Assembly (NCBI RefSeq): GCF_009914755.1
Contig: NC_060934.1
Strand: one strand, 5' to 3'
From: the human T2T-CHM13v2.0 reference genome, Homo sapiens
Length of the DNA stretch: 64,000 bases
Positions 31,085 through 43,675 of this stretch are shown here, in pieces; position 1 is the stretch's first letter, and each line of letters opens with the position of its first letter. Below the pieces are notes generated by a model. The model made no database searches, had not been told where the DNA came from, and saw nothing but the letters and a program-made list of their open reading frames with translations. A program made the translations under genes and the position numbers.

Positions 31085-31225
31085 TTCAAGATCATGAATT
31101 GCCAGACCTCTGTCTTCAAGATTCTGATTTAAAAGATCTGGAATATAGACTAGAAATTTTATAAAATGTATATGAATATAAATTTCCAGGTGATTCTGAT
31201 GATTGGCAATGTGTATAAACCACTG
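31085..31225. mobile_element. MER5-type hAT fragment
   Basis: agattctgattt...ttccaggtgattctgat...aaaccactgg. Confidence 0.55.
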
Positions 31226-31612
31226 GAATGATGTACTCCTCAGGATCTTAGGTTTACATAGAAAAGAATGCAATTTTCAGAGTTAATTTTAAGAACTGAG
31301 TTGTTGTGGGTGATCTTGATGCATTTGAATCTTGATTGCTAGTCTTGAGGGTCTTAGGGAAGTAAGAACTAGTTGTCAACTCTGACTGATAATTAATTGT
31401 AAACTGAAGGGAATTCAGAAAATGGGTAAGTTTCTGAGAGTTAGTTACATTTTTCTGGGTCCCCGTGATTATAGAGAACAGTCTTCTGTCCACATTTGAT
31501 AGACAGAACTAAATGTAACTTAAACATGTACCTTCTGATTTGCTGAGGTATGGGAACACTGTTAGGAAAATAGGCCCAGATTTTTGATCCAAGGTTGTCT
31601 TATAAAATCTTA

Positions 31613-31972
<360 letters not shown>

Positions 31973-32529
31973 TTAATACATATTTGTTGAATGAATGAAT
32001 TAATTAATGAAATATAACTTGTGTTCGCACTCAATGTACCATAGGTTCACTCTGCTTTATCAAATCTATGATCCTAATTTATTATAAATCATTTTTGTAA
32101 ATACAATATTTACAAGTAATTTAAAAACCTTAAATGTGTTCAGAGAATTTATTGTTAAAGGTTATCTGGCAATAAATTCTTCCTGAAGGGAAACAGTTTC
32201 ATGCAATGGAAATGACATTTTCTAATACACCTATAGGGCAAGAAATACATTTTGAGTATTTATTTTCTTAAAAGATAAAGGATATACTTTAGAGATTTGA
32301 ATGTAACTCTTCAGGTAATATTGGCATAGGTTAGTAGGAGAAGCTGCAGTTGCTAATGGGTCACAGTAGTTTAGAGTGAAGAACAGAAAATAGGAAGCTT
32401 GGAAGATAACGTAAGAGAAAAGTATCTTAGCATTCTGCTTCTAAAGTTCTCTGATGCCGGGCTTAAATCTTGAGTCCCTTAGTTTTCTGGGGTAGAAGCT
32501 ATTAGTGCTTACCCATATCTGCCTTTTTT

Positions 32530-32900
32530 TCTACTGGCCTCACAGTGGGAGCCCATTTCCCACTCTGCCCTGCAATTAGGTGTGGTGGTGACAGGGTTGA
32601 GTTCTGGCCAATAGGATGTGAGTGGAAGCTGTGTGCATCAGTCTAAGCCTTTTGGCTTAGAACAGGTGTCGTCTTTGGCCTGACCCAGCGTAACTTCTGC
32701 TGAGAATGGCCCCATTCCCTTCCTCCATCTGCAAGCTGCATGCAGGGCATCAGGCAGAAGACTCCAAGGCTCCTTCCATCTTGTGATCTTGCCATTCCCT
32801 AGAGTCTCAGACGTGAAATGTGAGATAAACCTCTACTGTGAAAGCCATTGAATTATTGGGATTTTTCATTACTGTGGTAAGCTTAGCCTGGCTTACATAG
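32530..32900 (+). mobile_element. Old MLT1 (J/I-like) LTR
   Basis: ttgagttctggccaataggatgtgagtggaag...gagataaacctctactgtgaaagccattga. Confidence 0.55.
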
Positions 32901-33119
32901 TTTCTAAGCACAAGGACAAAAATATGAAATTGGGTCCCTTTAGAAATTCACAGAGGTAGTATGCAACAGTGGTTTAACACAGGCATGAGCTTTGAAAACA
33001 TAAGGAGTTTACTAAAGTCAAGTCTACTATCATCTCTATTGTGTAGCTATGTAGCTTAGGGTCAGTTACTTACCTTCTTTAGGCCTCAGTTTCTTCATCT
33101 CTAAAATGGAGATAATTTA

Positions 33120-33935
33120 AAAAAAAGACATCCATGTTGCCAATAAACATATGGAAAAATGCTCAACATCACTAATCATCAGAGAAGTGCAAATCAAAAC
33201 TACAATGAGATACCATCTCATACCAGTCAGAATGGCAATTATTAAAAACTTAAAAAAACAAAAATAAAAACAGGTGCTGGCAAGGCCGTGGAGAAATGGG
33301 AATGCTTACATACTGCTGGTGGGAATGTAAATTAGTTCAGCCACCGTGGAAAGCAGTTTGGAGATTTCTTAAAGAACTTAGAATAGAGCTACCATTTAAC
33401 CCACCAATCCCATTATTGGATATATTCCCAAAGGAAAAGAAATCTGTCTATCAAAAAGAAACATGCATTCATATGTTCCTCAAAGCACTATTTATAATAG
33501 CAAAGACATGAAATCAAGCTAGGTGCCCATCAACAGTGGATTTGATAAAGAAAAGGTGACACATATATACCATGGAACACTACGCAGCCATAAAAAAGAA
33601 CAAAATCATGTCCTTTGCAGCAACGTGGATGCAGCTGGAGGCCATCATCCTAAGCAAATTAATGCAGAAACAGAAAACCAAACACCATGTGTTCTCACTT
33701 GTAAGTGGGAGCTAAACATTGGATACACATAGACATAAAGATGCAAACTACCAGAGTGGGGATGAAGGAAGGGGAGCAGGGGTTGGAAAACTACCTATTG
33801 GGTACTATTCTCACTACCTGAGTGACGCAGGATCAATCATATTACACACCTCAGCATCATGCAATAGACCAATGTAACAAACCTGCTCATGTTCCGCCGA
33901 ATCTAAAATAAAAGTTGAAATGAAAAATAAATAAA
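33120..33935 (+). mobile_element. 5'-truncated L1 (PA15/16-like) 3' end
   Basis: ORF2 C-terminus YCWWECKLVQP; 3'UTR aaaactacctattgggtacta; aataaa tail. Confidence 0.9.
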
Positions 33936-33941
33936 ACGGAA

Positions 33942-34018
33942 TTTTTTTTTGTGTGTGAGATGGAGTCTCTGTCACCCAAGCTGGAGTGCAGTGGCACGAT
34001 CTCCACTCAATGCAACCT
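33942..34018 (-). mobile_element. Severely 5'-truncated Alu (3' 75 bp only)
   Basis: T-tail, gagatggagtctctgtcacccaagctggagtgcagtggcacgatc. Confidence 0.85.
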
Positions 34019-36332
34019 AAAATGGAGGTATTTATAGTACTCCCTCAAAGGATCATTGTGAGAATTGAATGAAACTATTAATAAAGTTAGCTATTATTAT
34101 TAGAAATGACAATAACTACATTTTAATTTATTCAAGTGCATTTTGTAAGTGCTTCCTACGTCAGGGCAAGGAATTTGGAAAGGATAGAAAGAGTAGCAGG
34201 ACCCATTTTTGCCTTCAAAGAGTCCCCAGTCTAGGAAGATAATTGGAGGACAAACCAATAATTACAGTATATGAATGGTGTTGTGAGTCTGTAAGCTTTT
34301 AAATCTGATGATTTAAAAGATAATATATTCATATGCTAAAGATATGCATCAGTAGGTGGAGATAGAAAATATTCTTTTCAATATGTATATATATAAATAA
34401 TTTAAAAATATTTTTAAATTTAAATTTAAGGATTTTTTTTTTTTCAAACTGGCAATGAATTTACCAGCCAGGCTGCTTTTCTGGAAGTCAATTAGCCCTT
34501 CAACGAATGCTAAAAGTGAAGGTTTGGTCATTTCAGGGCAATATTTGGAGCCTTGTAGACAACTTCAGATGATTAATTTATTCTAACAGTGAATAAGAGA
34601 GGTGTGCTGCAGTGTGTCCTCAAGGCTGACTTTTTAGTGATAATTTTACTCCGTCAATTACCTCTTTTTCTCTCTGTCAATTTCATCCCCACCAAGCCAT
34701 CACAGTACACAGAGGATAACGCAGGTGGGTGATAAAATATAGGGTTTGGGAATCTATCCATGCCTTTTCAGGCTCTGGGAATTTCACCATGAAAAGGGAT
34801 TGGCACAATGAAACACGAATTCAACGTCCATTTAAGCATTTTTGAGCTTGTGTGAGCTTTAGAATTGAAGAGAAATCCCTGAGGATGCTTATGCAAGAGC
34901 CTAGTAAATGTTTTTTTCTTGACATATAAACAAATATTTTTTCTAGCTATTCGTTTCCAGGCACTGTGCTAGGAGCTTTAGGCTTAAAGATAAGTAAACA
35001 GGAGCCAAAGTTTTATGGAAAATTTTTTATTCAAGTATTTCAAATTTTGTAAGTGCTGCAATCAATAAATATTCTAATTGTCATGGTTCCACTGAAGCCT
35101 TGTCTATGTGATGCTGTGATCAGGAGAGAGGCTCGAGGTTGTGGCGGCTCAGCTGCTGCTTCAAAGGAGTATGGGAGTTTGTGGATGGAGAAGAGAGTGG
35201 TGAGCTTTGCAGGCAGTGAAGACAGGATGTGCTGGTACAGGACTCTTTAATTGTCATGACTTCTTGATTTTCTGGGGTATCTTAAAAGAGACTTTGGCTC
35301 AAAGATCTGGGAAATTTTATTAAACTTGCGACATCTACCAGACCAAGAAGTTAGACAGAGCTGCTAAACCTAACTTTCACAAATATTCCCTGAACCCCCA
35401 TATGATTATTTTCTCAATCTAGCCTCCTCCCATTACTATCACAACTCTCCTAATGAAACGAGCAGGAGGAGAAGTTTCTGACATTTCCTTCTCCAGAGGC
35501 CTTGTCTTCTTTGCTAGTTTATGATTTATAATTGTACATCAAAGTGCTCTGAATATCCCAAGTTACCTAAAATTAACATATCAGTTCACTGGGTTTGATA
35601 CTATTGGAGAGATGGGGAAATATTCTCAAGCAATTGGTTGAAATCAAGGACATAAAAAGAAAGGCATTATGCAAATATTTGGTTATTAAGATTTTCTGCC
35701 TAGAGGGGATAAAGTCAGATAATGGGAAATAAATGAGATCAAAAGTTTCCTCTATGTTTTAATATTAACTTTCTTTAAGAGTAGTATTTGGCCTCTTTAG
35801 CATCATATCTTTATCAAGACAAAGGAACAGAAGCATAAGAAAGCACTGAGTGCTTTGGGGTGATATGCGGATATGGAGTATCGGGAGTGGACGTGAGGTA
35901 GGGGTGGGAGGGTGGAGTGGAAGAGTGAGGCCAATGAAGTAGACGAGTTTGACTATGGAGCACTTTGCTTATCACATGGGGCTTTTCTAATATGAGTAAT
36001 AATCTGTTCCCAAACATCTAGTGAAGGTAATAACTTTAAAAATATACCTTTCAAGTTACAAGACAATTTCCCATTCATTATCTCCCATGATCATTACAGC
36101 AATTTGGAGGTGGACTGGTGCCTGCCCTAGGTCACACAACAGAGACTGAGATGCGTCTTTCTGAAGGCATGTTCTCTCATTTACTTGCTGAGAACAATTG
36201 GGATGACAGACCGTGAATAACTTGTTATCTTTGGGCATTGAGATTATAATGGATAATCTGGTTGGTAATCAGATTTTTTTAACTTGATGAAACTTAATTC
36301 TGGGATTACTGCATCTGACTTGAAGAATTTAG

Positions 36333-36782
<450 letters not shown>

Positions 36783-37450
36783 TGGCTCTACAGGACTTTT
36801 TAAAGAACCTCTATCCCCAAGTCGCATATGAATGGTCAGTCTGGGGGGATTCCATGGACTTCAATTATTCTTTACTAAATCCTCCCAGGGGGAGGCCTTA
36901 TTCATTTTTTCCTTAGTCTTTTTCTTTGTGGTTTTATAAATTTCCAGTCTATGAACTTTAAGTTGGAGAACTGAGCTGAAAAAGAATGCTTAGATCTGAT
37001 TCTCATTTTTTAGCACTACAATAAACTATTTGTTCTAAAATAGCTTTATTTTCTAAGTCTTATTCTTCCAACAGGATTGTAAGTTACTGGAGGGCAAGGA
37101 CCTTTCTTCTAGATCCTTTGTTTTTCACATATTACTTTTGACCCTTCTAGCCTTTATATCCTGATTTTAGAAAGGCTCAAATAAAATCTTGCATCATGTG
37201 GAAACGGCAGAATCGGGTAGTTAAGAGCCTAGCTCTGGAGGAAGATGGCCTGGCTTTTAAAATTACAACTTCATCACTTACTAGCAGCATCATTGTAAGG
37301 AAATTATGTAACTCTTTGAGTTATATGTATATATATCAAAGAGTTTTATATATATATGTATAGTTGTGGGATTAAATTAGATACTGCACTTGGCACAGTG
37401 CTTGACACATAATGATCAGTAAATGTTGGTGGATCATCATAAACAATCAT

Positions 37451-38113
37451 TGTCTTTGTTTTGTGCTTCTATCACAGAATACCACAGATTGGGAAATTTA
37501 TAAAGAATATAAGTTTATTTTCTCACAATTCTGGAGGCTGGGAATCCAAGCTTAAGGTGTTATAGGACTGTCTACTTAGTTTGGCTAAAAATGGGGTCCT
37601 CGTCAGATGACCATGAAAATTTAGGCTCGCAGACACTTTGAAGGGTGAGAAGGGCAGGGTTTATTGGGTGAAAAGGAAAGAAAGGGAAACAGGGACTGTC
37701 CGCAAAGCCAGAGTCCTGCTAGGTGCCCTTCCCACCTCGAAGATTAAATTCCAGGTTCCATCAGGAAGAGGAGGGCGCGAACTTCCCAAGGCTCCACCCC
37801 AGCGTGCACTCCTCCCAGTGCGCAGGCCAGTTGGAGTTTCTCTGGGGACCCCTTATCACCTGGCTGTCTCAAAGGTATTGGCATCTGAGGTCTGGTGAGG
37901 GCCTTGTGGCTGCATTCTTATACGGCAAAAGTTGGAAGGGCAAGAGAGAGTTAATGCACTCCTGTAAGCCCTTTTTATATGAACGTCAGCCCATTTAAGG
38001 GGGTGGAGACCTCAAGTTCTAAACACCTTCCAAAAGGTCCCACCTCCAAACATCATGACATTGGGATTAAGTTTCCAACACATGAATTTTGAGGGACACA
38101 TTTAGACCATAGT
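37451..38113 (-). mobile_element. MST-type MaLR LTR interrupted by MER61
   Basis: cagaataccacagattgggaaatttataaag...gtttccaacacatgaattttgagggacacatttagaccata. Confidence 0.8.
37558..37871 (-). mobile_element. MER61-type ERV1 solo LTR
   Basis: Minus strand starts tgagacagccaggtgataaggggtcccc; 4-bp TSD aagg at 37554-37557 and 37872-37875. Confidence 0.82.
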
Positions 38114-38339
38114 GGTCATCATCTTTTTATAATCTTCATCATTCTTTTCCCTGGGGATGGTTGATGATAATGCAGTTAGGTACCTCTATAACTTCTTAAT
38201 TAATTTTGATTATTTTCAGCCTGGAAAGAAGTTCTTGGTAATGTGTCACAGGGCTCCAATGGCTTTATACAGTTTAGATAAATTTAGAAGGCATCATTAG
38301 TCAGTTAAGGATGACCACAAATGTAGGAAGATCAGAAAA

Positions 38340-38700
38340 TATAGAGCAGATAGATTCTAAGTTTGAAATGATGAGCTAAGACGGCAAGGCTACATTTACA
38401 GAGACAAGTATGTAGAAGTGTATTCAAGTTAAAGGTCAAACATACAAAAATAAAATGGAATATATACAGCACTGGACAGACCTGGCTGAATAGAAGTTAG
38501 TGGGAAAAGATCTTGGGAATTTTGTTGATCAGAAGCTGAGCCTGAACTGCTGGTGTAGGGCTTTTATTTAGAGAACAATACCAACTTAGACTACATTAAT
38601 CAGAGTGTAGTGTTCAGGTCAAGGGAGGTAACTGTCCTGTGGTCTATCATGCCAGTATGAGCACACCTTGAAATATTATGTTGAGGTTCAGGTGCTTTTG
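38340..38700 (+). mobile_element. L3/CR1 fragment
   Basis: gaaaagatcttgggaattttgttgatcagaagctgagc...cacaccttgaaatattatgtt resembles the CR1 ORF2 3' region. Confidence 0.6.
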
Positions 38701-41132
38701 CAATCATCTTTTTGCCATTTTTATTAAAGGTTTGAGCTTTTTAAAATTAGCTCTGAATAAAAGTAATCAGAAGGGGTGCAGATTTGTTAAATGAGCCAAC
38801 ACCACTCATCATTTTGTAGCTGATAACTCTGGTGATCAATTATAATTTAGAGGGAACTTTTTTTTATGCCTTTCTCAAGAGAGAGTCTTACTTTGGGTTT
38901 GACCTGAAAAGCCAGTTATGTCACTTTATTTTCTGCTTAAGCATTAGGCCAAGTTTCTTTTTGACCTTTTCATTCTCATTGTGTATTACCTCTCCTCTAT
39001 TTTTCTCTTGCCTCCTCTGCCACTCAGTACCGCATCTCTCTTCTGTGCTTCCTCTCATTATGTGTTCTCACTGTGCCTGCTACTTTAGCTCTTAATTTGA
39101 TGCCTTTTTATGATCCCCATCCTCTCCACTCTCTCTATTTAGGGGTTCCCTTTTCACTGCAGCTGGTTAGATAATTTTACCTAGGATTTTCATAGCTTAA
39201 TGATGACTCATATAATTGTATACTTTTCAGATTGTACATTAAAAAAATACAGTGACAGTCAGTGATCTTGCCAAAAGGAAACTAATGGCAAAACTTTTGG
39301 AATTTAGAGCAGGCTGGTGCAGGGGGGATGTCTTTTATTAGGGCCCCATCATCAGGGACAGTGCCTGGTGATTGTGGTAGATGAAACAGACAGAGTGGCA
39401 TTTCAGTACCCACAAAGTTCCTTTTTGGGTAGGGCAGAGGGCTTGACAAGGGGTATTAGAAGTTCATTGAGCAATGAGGGGCCAGGATAGAAAATTGGGG
39501 TTGTTGAGATTATTTGGCTCTGCTTTTATTCTTAGACCAGAAAGTTCTGTTGACATCTGGACTTGATCTCATTTAGCTGGGGGGTGGGAAGGGGGGTTCT
39601 TCTGGAGGCAATGACTGGACCTCATTTCCCAGTTCACTGATGGTGACTAATTCCGGCCATGCCAGAGAGAAAGAGGAACAGTATTAGGCAAGTGGAACTT
39701 TTAGAGACAATTAAGTCAGACAGTTTAAGCTGCAACTTAAATGAGTTGGAGAGTACTTATTATTCCGTGCATGTTCACGCCTTAACTGACCTGTGGCCAT
39801 CTCACTTCACAGCCATATGATTCTCATTCTCTTCTCTAGTGAGGGAACCTGGGAGACCCATGTTGCTTTTTTTTTTTTTTTTTCTGCAGAGCTTATACAT
39901 TTCTCTTGGATATCTTCCATGACTCTTTTTTTTTTTTTTTTTTTTTTTGGCCAGAAATTATGTCAGTTATATTATGGGGGGTGATTTATGTAAAAGATGT
40001 TAATGACTTAAATGGAAGAAATTTTAATAGAGATACTAACGCAGTTGTAATTACTTTAGTTATTGCAAAGCAAAATGTAGCAAGACAACGACTTGAAGTA
40101 TTAACCAGTGCATTTTCACAGCTGCATGTCTTTCTTATTCTTTAGGGAAGGGAGGCCACAGAAAGAATGATTGTAAGAAAAAGGAGTCATTTCTTGCTCT
40201 TGAGTTTCAAAATATAGTTTTGGAACCCAAGGCAGAGATAATAGTGAGAGAAAGGCACAAGAGACCAATCAAATATTCGCCCTGCCCTGGAGAGGGGCCT
40301 AGGAGAGCTGAGGGAAAGTCAGGGGACCCTAGGAGTCCTCAAGGCTGGGAGAAGGGAAGGAAGACTGAAATTTGGTGTGAGAGGTATGGCCAGGAACCAG
40401 GCGGGGAACACAGATGTCAGCCTCAGTGGAGGCACAGTAGGTTAATGACATCCTGGGACTCAGCTGATGAGTTACAGCTCAGGGATGGCAGTGTGGATGG
40501 ATGACACTCAAAGCCCAGACACCTCAAACGTCCTGACACTGTGTAATCTCCTCTGTCCCCAGCCTGCACCAGATGCAACTCCTATAGAAGAGGGAAATCC
40601 TGAACTGACTGAGCGAACTCTCAGAATTGACCATGATTCACATTTTTACCCTTGACGGAAAAAGGATTCAAGGAACACATTACATTTCTGTTTTAGAAAA
40701 ATAAAGTTGTATTTTTGCATACCTGAATTTGTTCTCCTGACTGTAAATGCTTTAGGAAAAGGCACTGGAGGTGAGTTATTGACTGAATGGGCTGTTTCCA
40801 GGTTGGAAAAAGAGCGCTGAAATGCAAGTCAGGAAATTCAGAATTTAGTGTTGGCTTTGCTACTGCTTGACCTTGGGCACAAATCTTTCTCCTCTGGGCT
40901 TCTCTGTCTCCATTTATGCGACTGGCCTGGACTGGGGCTTCCTAGCCTAGTGGCAAAAGTCTCTTGGAGGGCCTGAGGAGTTTTTCTAAGGCATCTGCAT
41001 CTACATATGAACCAATCATTGCTGTAGATGAAATAAGTAATATGCCTTTGTCCACAAGTACCACACATTTTAAAAATGTTTGTAGATCTATTGTGGTCAA
41101 TAAATGTGATTAATTCATTTAAAAGCACCACT

Positions 41133-41428
41133 GGTTGGTTGCGGTGGCTCACGCCTGTAATCCCAGCACTTTGGGAGGCCAAGGTGGGCGGATCACGAGG
41201 TCAGGAGTTTGAGACCAGCCTGGCCAACATGGTGAAACCCCGTCTCTACTAAAAATACAAAAGTTAGCTGGGCATGGTGGCATGCCTGTAATCCCAGCTA
41301 CTCGGGAGGCTGAGGCAGGAGAATTGCTTGAGCCTGGGGAGGCAGAGATTGCAGTGAGCCGAGATTGCACCGTTGCATTCCAGCGTGGGTGACAGAGTGG
41401 AGCTCTGTCTCAGGAAAAAAAAAAAAAG
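41133..41428 (+). mobile_element. AluS (Sg-like)
   Basis: ggatcacgaggtcagg; TSD aaagcaccact at 41122-41132 and 41429-41439. Confidence 0.95.
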
Positions 41429-41814
41429 AAAGCACCACTACATTTTGATTCTAGTTTATAATTCTTCTCAATTGAGCAAAATAAAAATTGTAACTGCTAT
41501 TTAGACATTGTAGAGGAATCCTTCTAGTCCAAATTTTAGTCTAAAATGTGGTTTCTGTGGGACTAGAGGATTCCTAAAGAACCATTCTAAGCCTCACTGG
41601 CCACAATCCTAAAATAGAGTTTATGTTCATTAGGGATCAATAATTACTGATACATAATTATGCTAGAAATGGTTGATTCTCACACTCTGACAGTGGTACT
41701 AATTGATTTATCTCAGAAATATAAAGAATCAATAATAGAGGAGATGTTTTAATCACTGCATCCAAATAATCTTTTCTCTGATACTAAAAGTCACCCTCCA
41801 TCTATCTCTAGAAG

Positions 41815-42030
41815 GGTGTAATGGTAAAAACTTAGGTTCAAATGTTGCTCCTTCTGCCTATTTGTTGTGTGTCCTAGATGAGTTAACTAACCTTTCTGAG
41901 CTGGATTACTACTATTCCTTAAAATGAAGATAAAAGTACTCATTACAAAGGGATGTTGTGAAGATAAAATGAGATAAACTGTGAGCCCATTATGTGGTCT
42001 GGCATAAGGAAAATAGTCAAAAATGTTTGT
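41815..42030 (+). mobile_element. MIR
   Basis: ggttcaaat...taaaatgaagataaaagtactcattacaaagggatgttgtgaagataaaatgagataa. Confidence 0.6.
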
Positions 42031-43232
42031 TCCCCTTAAAGCCTTTTGGAAAGCTTATTTAATGTAAAGGTATAAAAAGGCAAAATAAATTAACACTGGC
42101 TTAAATATAAAAACATGTAATTTAAACATTGAATAAGCAGCAATTAAAGCACATGTTCACTTGCCACCTCGTCCAGGGCTGGTTTGGAATCATCCCATTC
42201 ACTCCACGTAATGAGCAATGCGGCTTGACCGCCTGGAAAGCAATTCGGCACCGGGTCCTGTCTCTCTAAATCTCGGAAGAGCTTTCACCTGTTTTCGTCC
42301 CAAGTCTTGTCTTTCTTTCTGAGCAAGTACTGAGAGTGTATTGTTCAGCAGCCCCCATTCAAGTGCTGCCAGGAATGAGATCGTGGAGGTGCCCTCTATT
42401 GTGAGGTCTTGAAGTAGAACTTGAATGGAGAGAATGTGTTTTCAAAATAATTTAGTTTGAATGCATTTTCACTTTGGTGGGGAGAGGAAGCACAGATGGC
42501 TGAATCAGGACATGTGCCAGTTCTTTCCTCACACCAGGCATCCAGTGAATGCAGGCTGTGGGAAAATGAGCTTTAGGGGAAGGAGGAAGTGTAAAAGAAC
42601 CCAGAAAGTGCTTGCATGATGTGGTCCCTGGTCCACCATTAAAAACAGCTGTGTGGGGGAGTCAAGGGGCTTTGCTAAGAGATTAGGCTGGCTTCGGAAA
42701 TATTTGCTGCATTGCAGACCCCGAATAATAGAGAAAATTGATCTCTATTAGTGCCTTCAGGAACTGTTCTATTGGAGAGAGTGACTTGGATGGGAACAAC
42801 AAGTGGTTGGGAGACCAGATCCCTCCCCCCAGCAAGAAGCTTGCCAGGATGTAGGTTTCCCAGGCTCACCTGCTATCCTCCTCCAGCTCTGCCAAGCCGC
42901 CGAGTTCCTGCCTGGATGTCACTCCCTGAAGCTGTCAGGAAAGTTGTTTCACATTTCCTGATCCTCTGATTTGCGGATCCCAAAGCAGCAGCTTCTTTGC
43001 TTCCAACTGCTTCATTTACTCCTTCCCAAACACTGCTGCCTGCACTCCAACTGAGTTACTGAAGTTCTTTCAGCTTCCAGGGAGCAGACAGGCTCGGGTT
43101 GTCTGAGGTTATGGGAGTTATTGTGGGGATACATGAGCGGGAGGATAGAAGACAGAAAGCCTTTCAGTAGCCAAATAGTCAGCCTCAAGGAACAGAGCAG
43201 ATGTTTCTCACTCAACGGTAGCGCTCCGTGCC

Positions 43233-43675
43233 TGGGTTAGTTTGCTAGGGCTGTTTTAACCATGTATCATAAACTGGGGATGTAACAGACATTTATTGTC
43301 TCTCAGTTCTGCAGGCTAGAAGTCTGAGATCAAAGTGTCAATGGGGTTGCTTCCTTCTGAGGATTGTGAAAGAGAGAATTTGCTCTGTGGCCCTCCGCTA
43401 GCTTCTGGTAGTTTGCTGGCAATTTGGGGGGTTCCTTGGCTTATAGATGCATCACCCCAATCTTTGCCTTCATCTTAACAGGGCGTTCTTCCTGTGAGCA
43501 CACTGTCTCCAAATTTCCCCTTTTTATAAGGATACCAGTCACACTGACTGTTGGACACTATTATGGGTTGAATTTTGCCACCTCAAAATCCATATGTTGA
43601 AGTCCTAAACCCCACTACTTTGCAGTGTGGCCTTATTTGGCTATAGGATCTTCACAAAGGTAATCAAGTTTAAAT
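43233..43675 (-). mobile_element. MLT1C-like LTR whose terminal 117 bp is inverted
   Basis: Minus-strand body 43233-43545; the missing terminus is present in the opposite orientation at 43559-43675. Confidence 0.8.

Larger units (their letters stand above)
32950..34085 (+). mobile_element. MIR split by L1 and Alu insertions
   Basis: gcctcagtttcttcatctctaaaatggag at about 33083-33111, resuming at 34019 aaaatggaggtatttatagtac...ttgtgagaattgaatga. Confidence 0.65.

Noticed and set aside
34480-34680. Homeobox-like TAAT-rich unique stretch
   Set aside because: Conservation cannot be judged from one sequence
39866-39953. Two poly(T) tracts each ending in CAG
   Set aside because: No TSD and no matching donor or exon evidence
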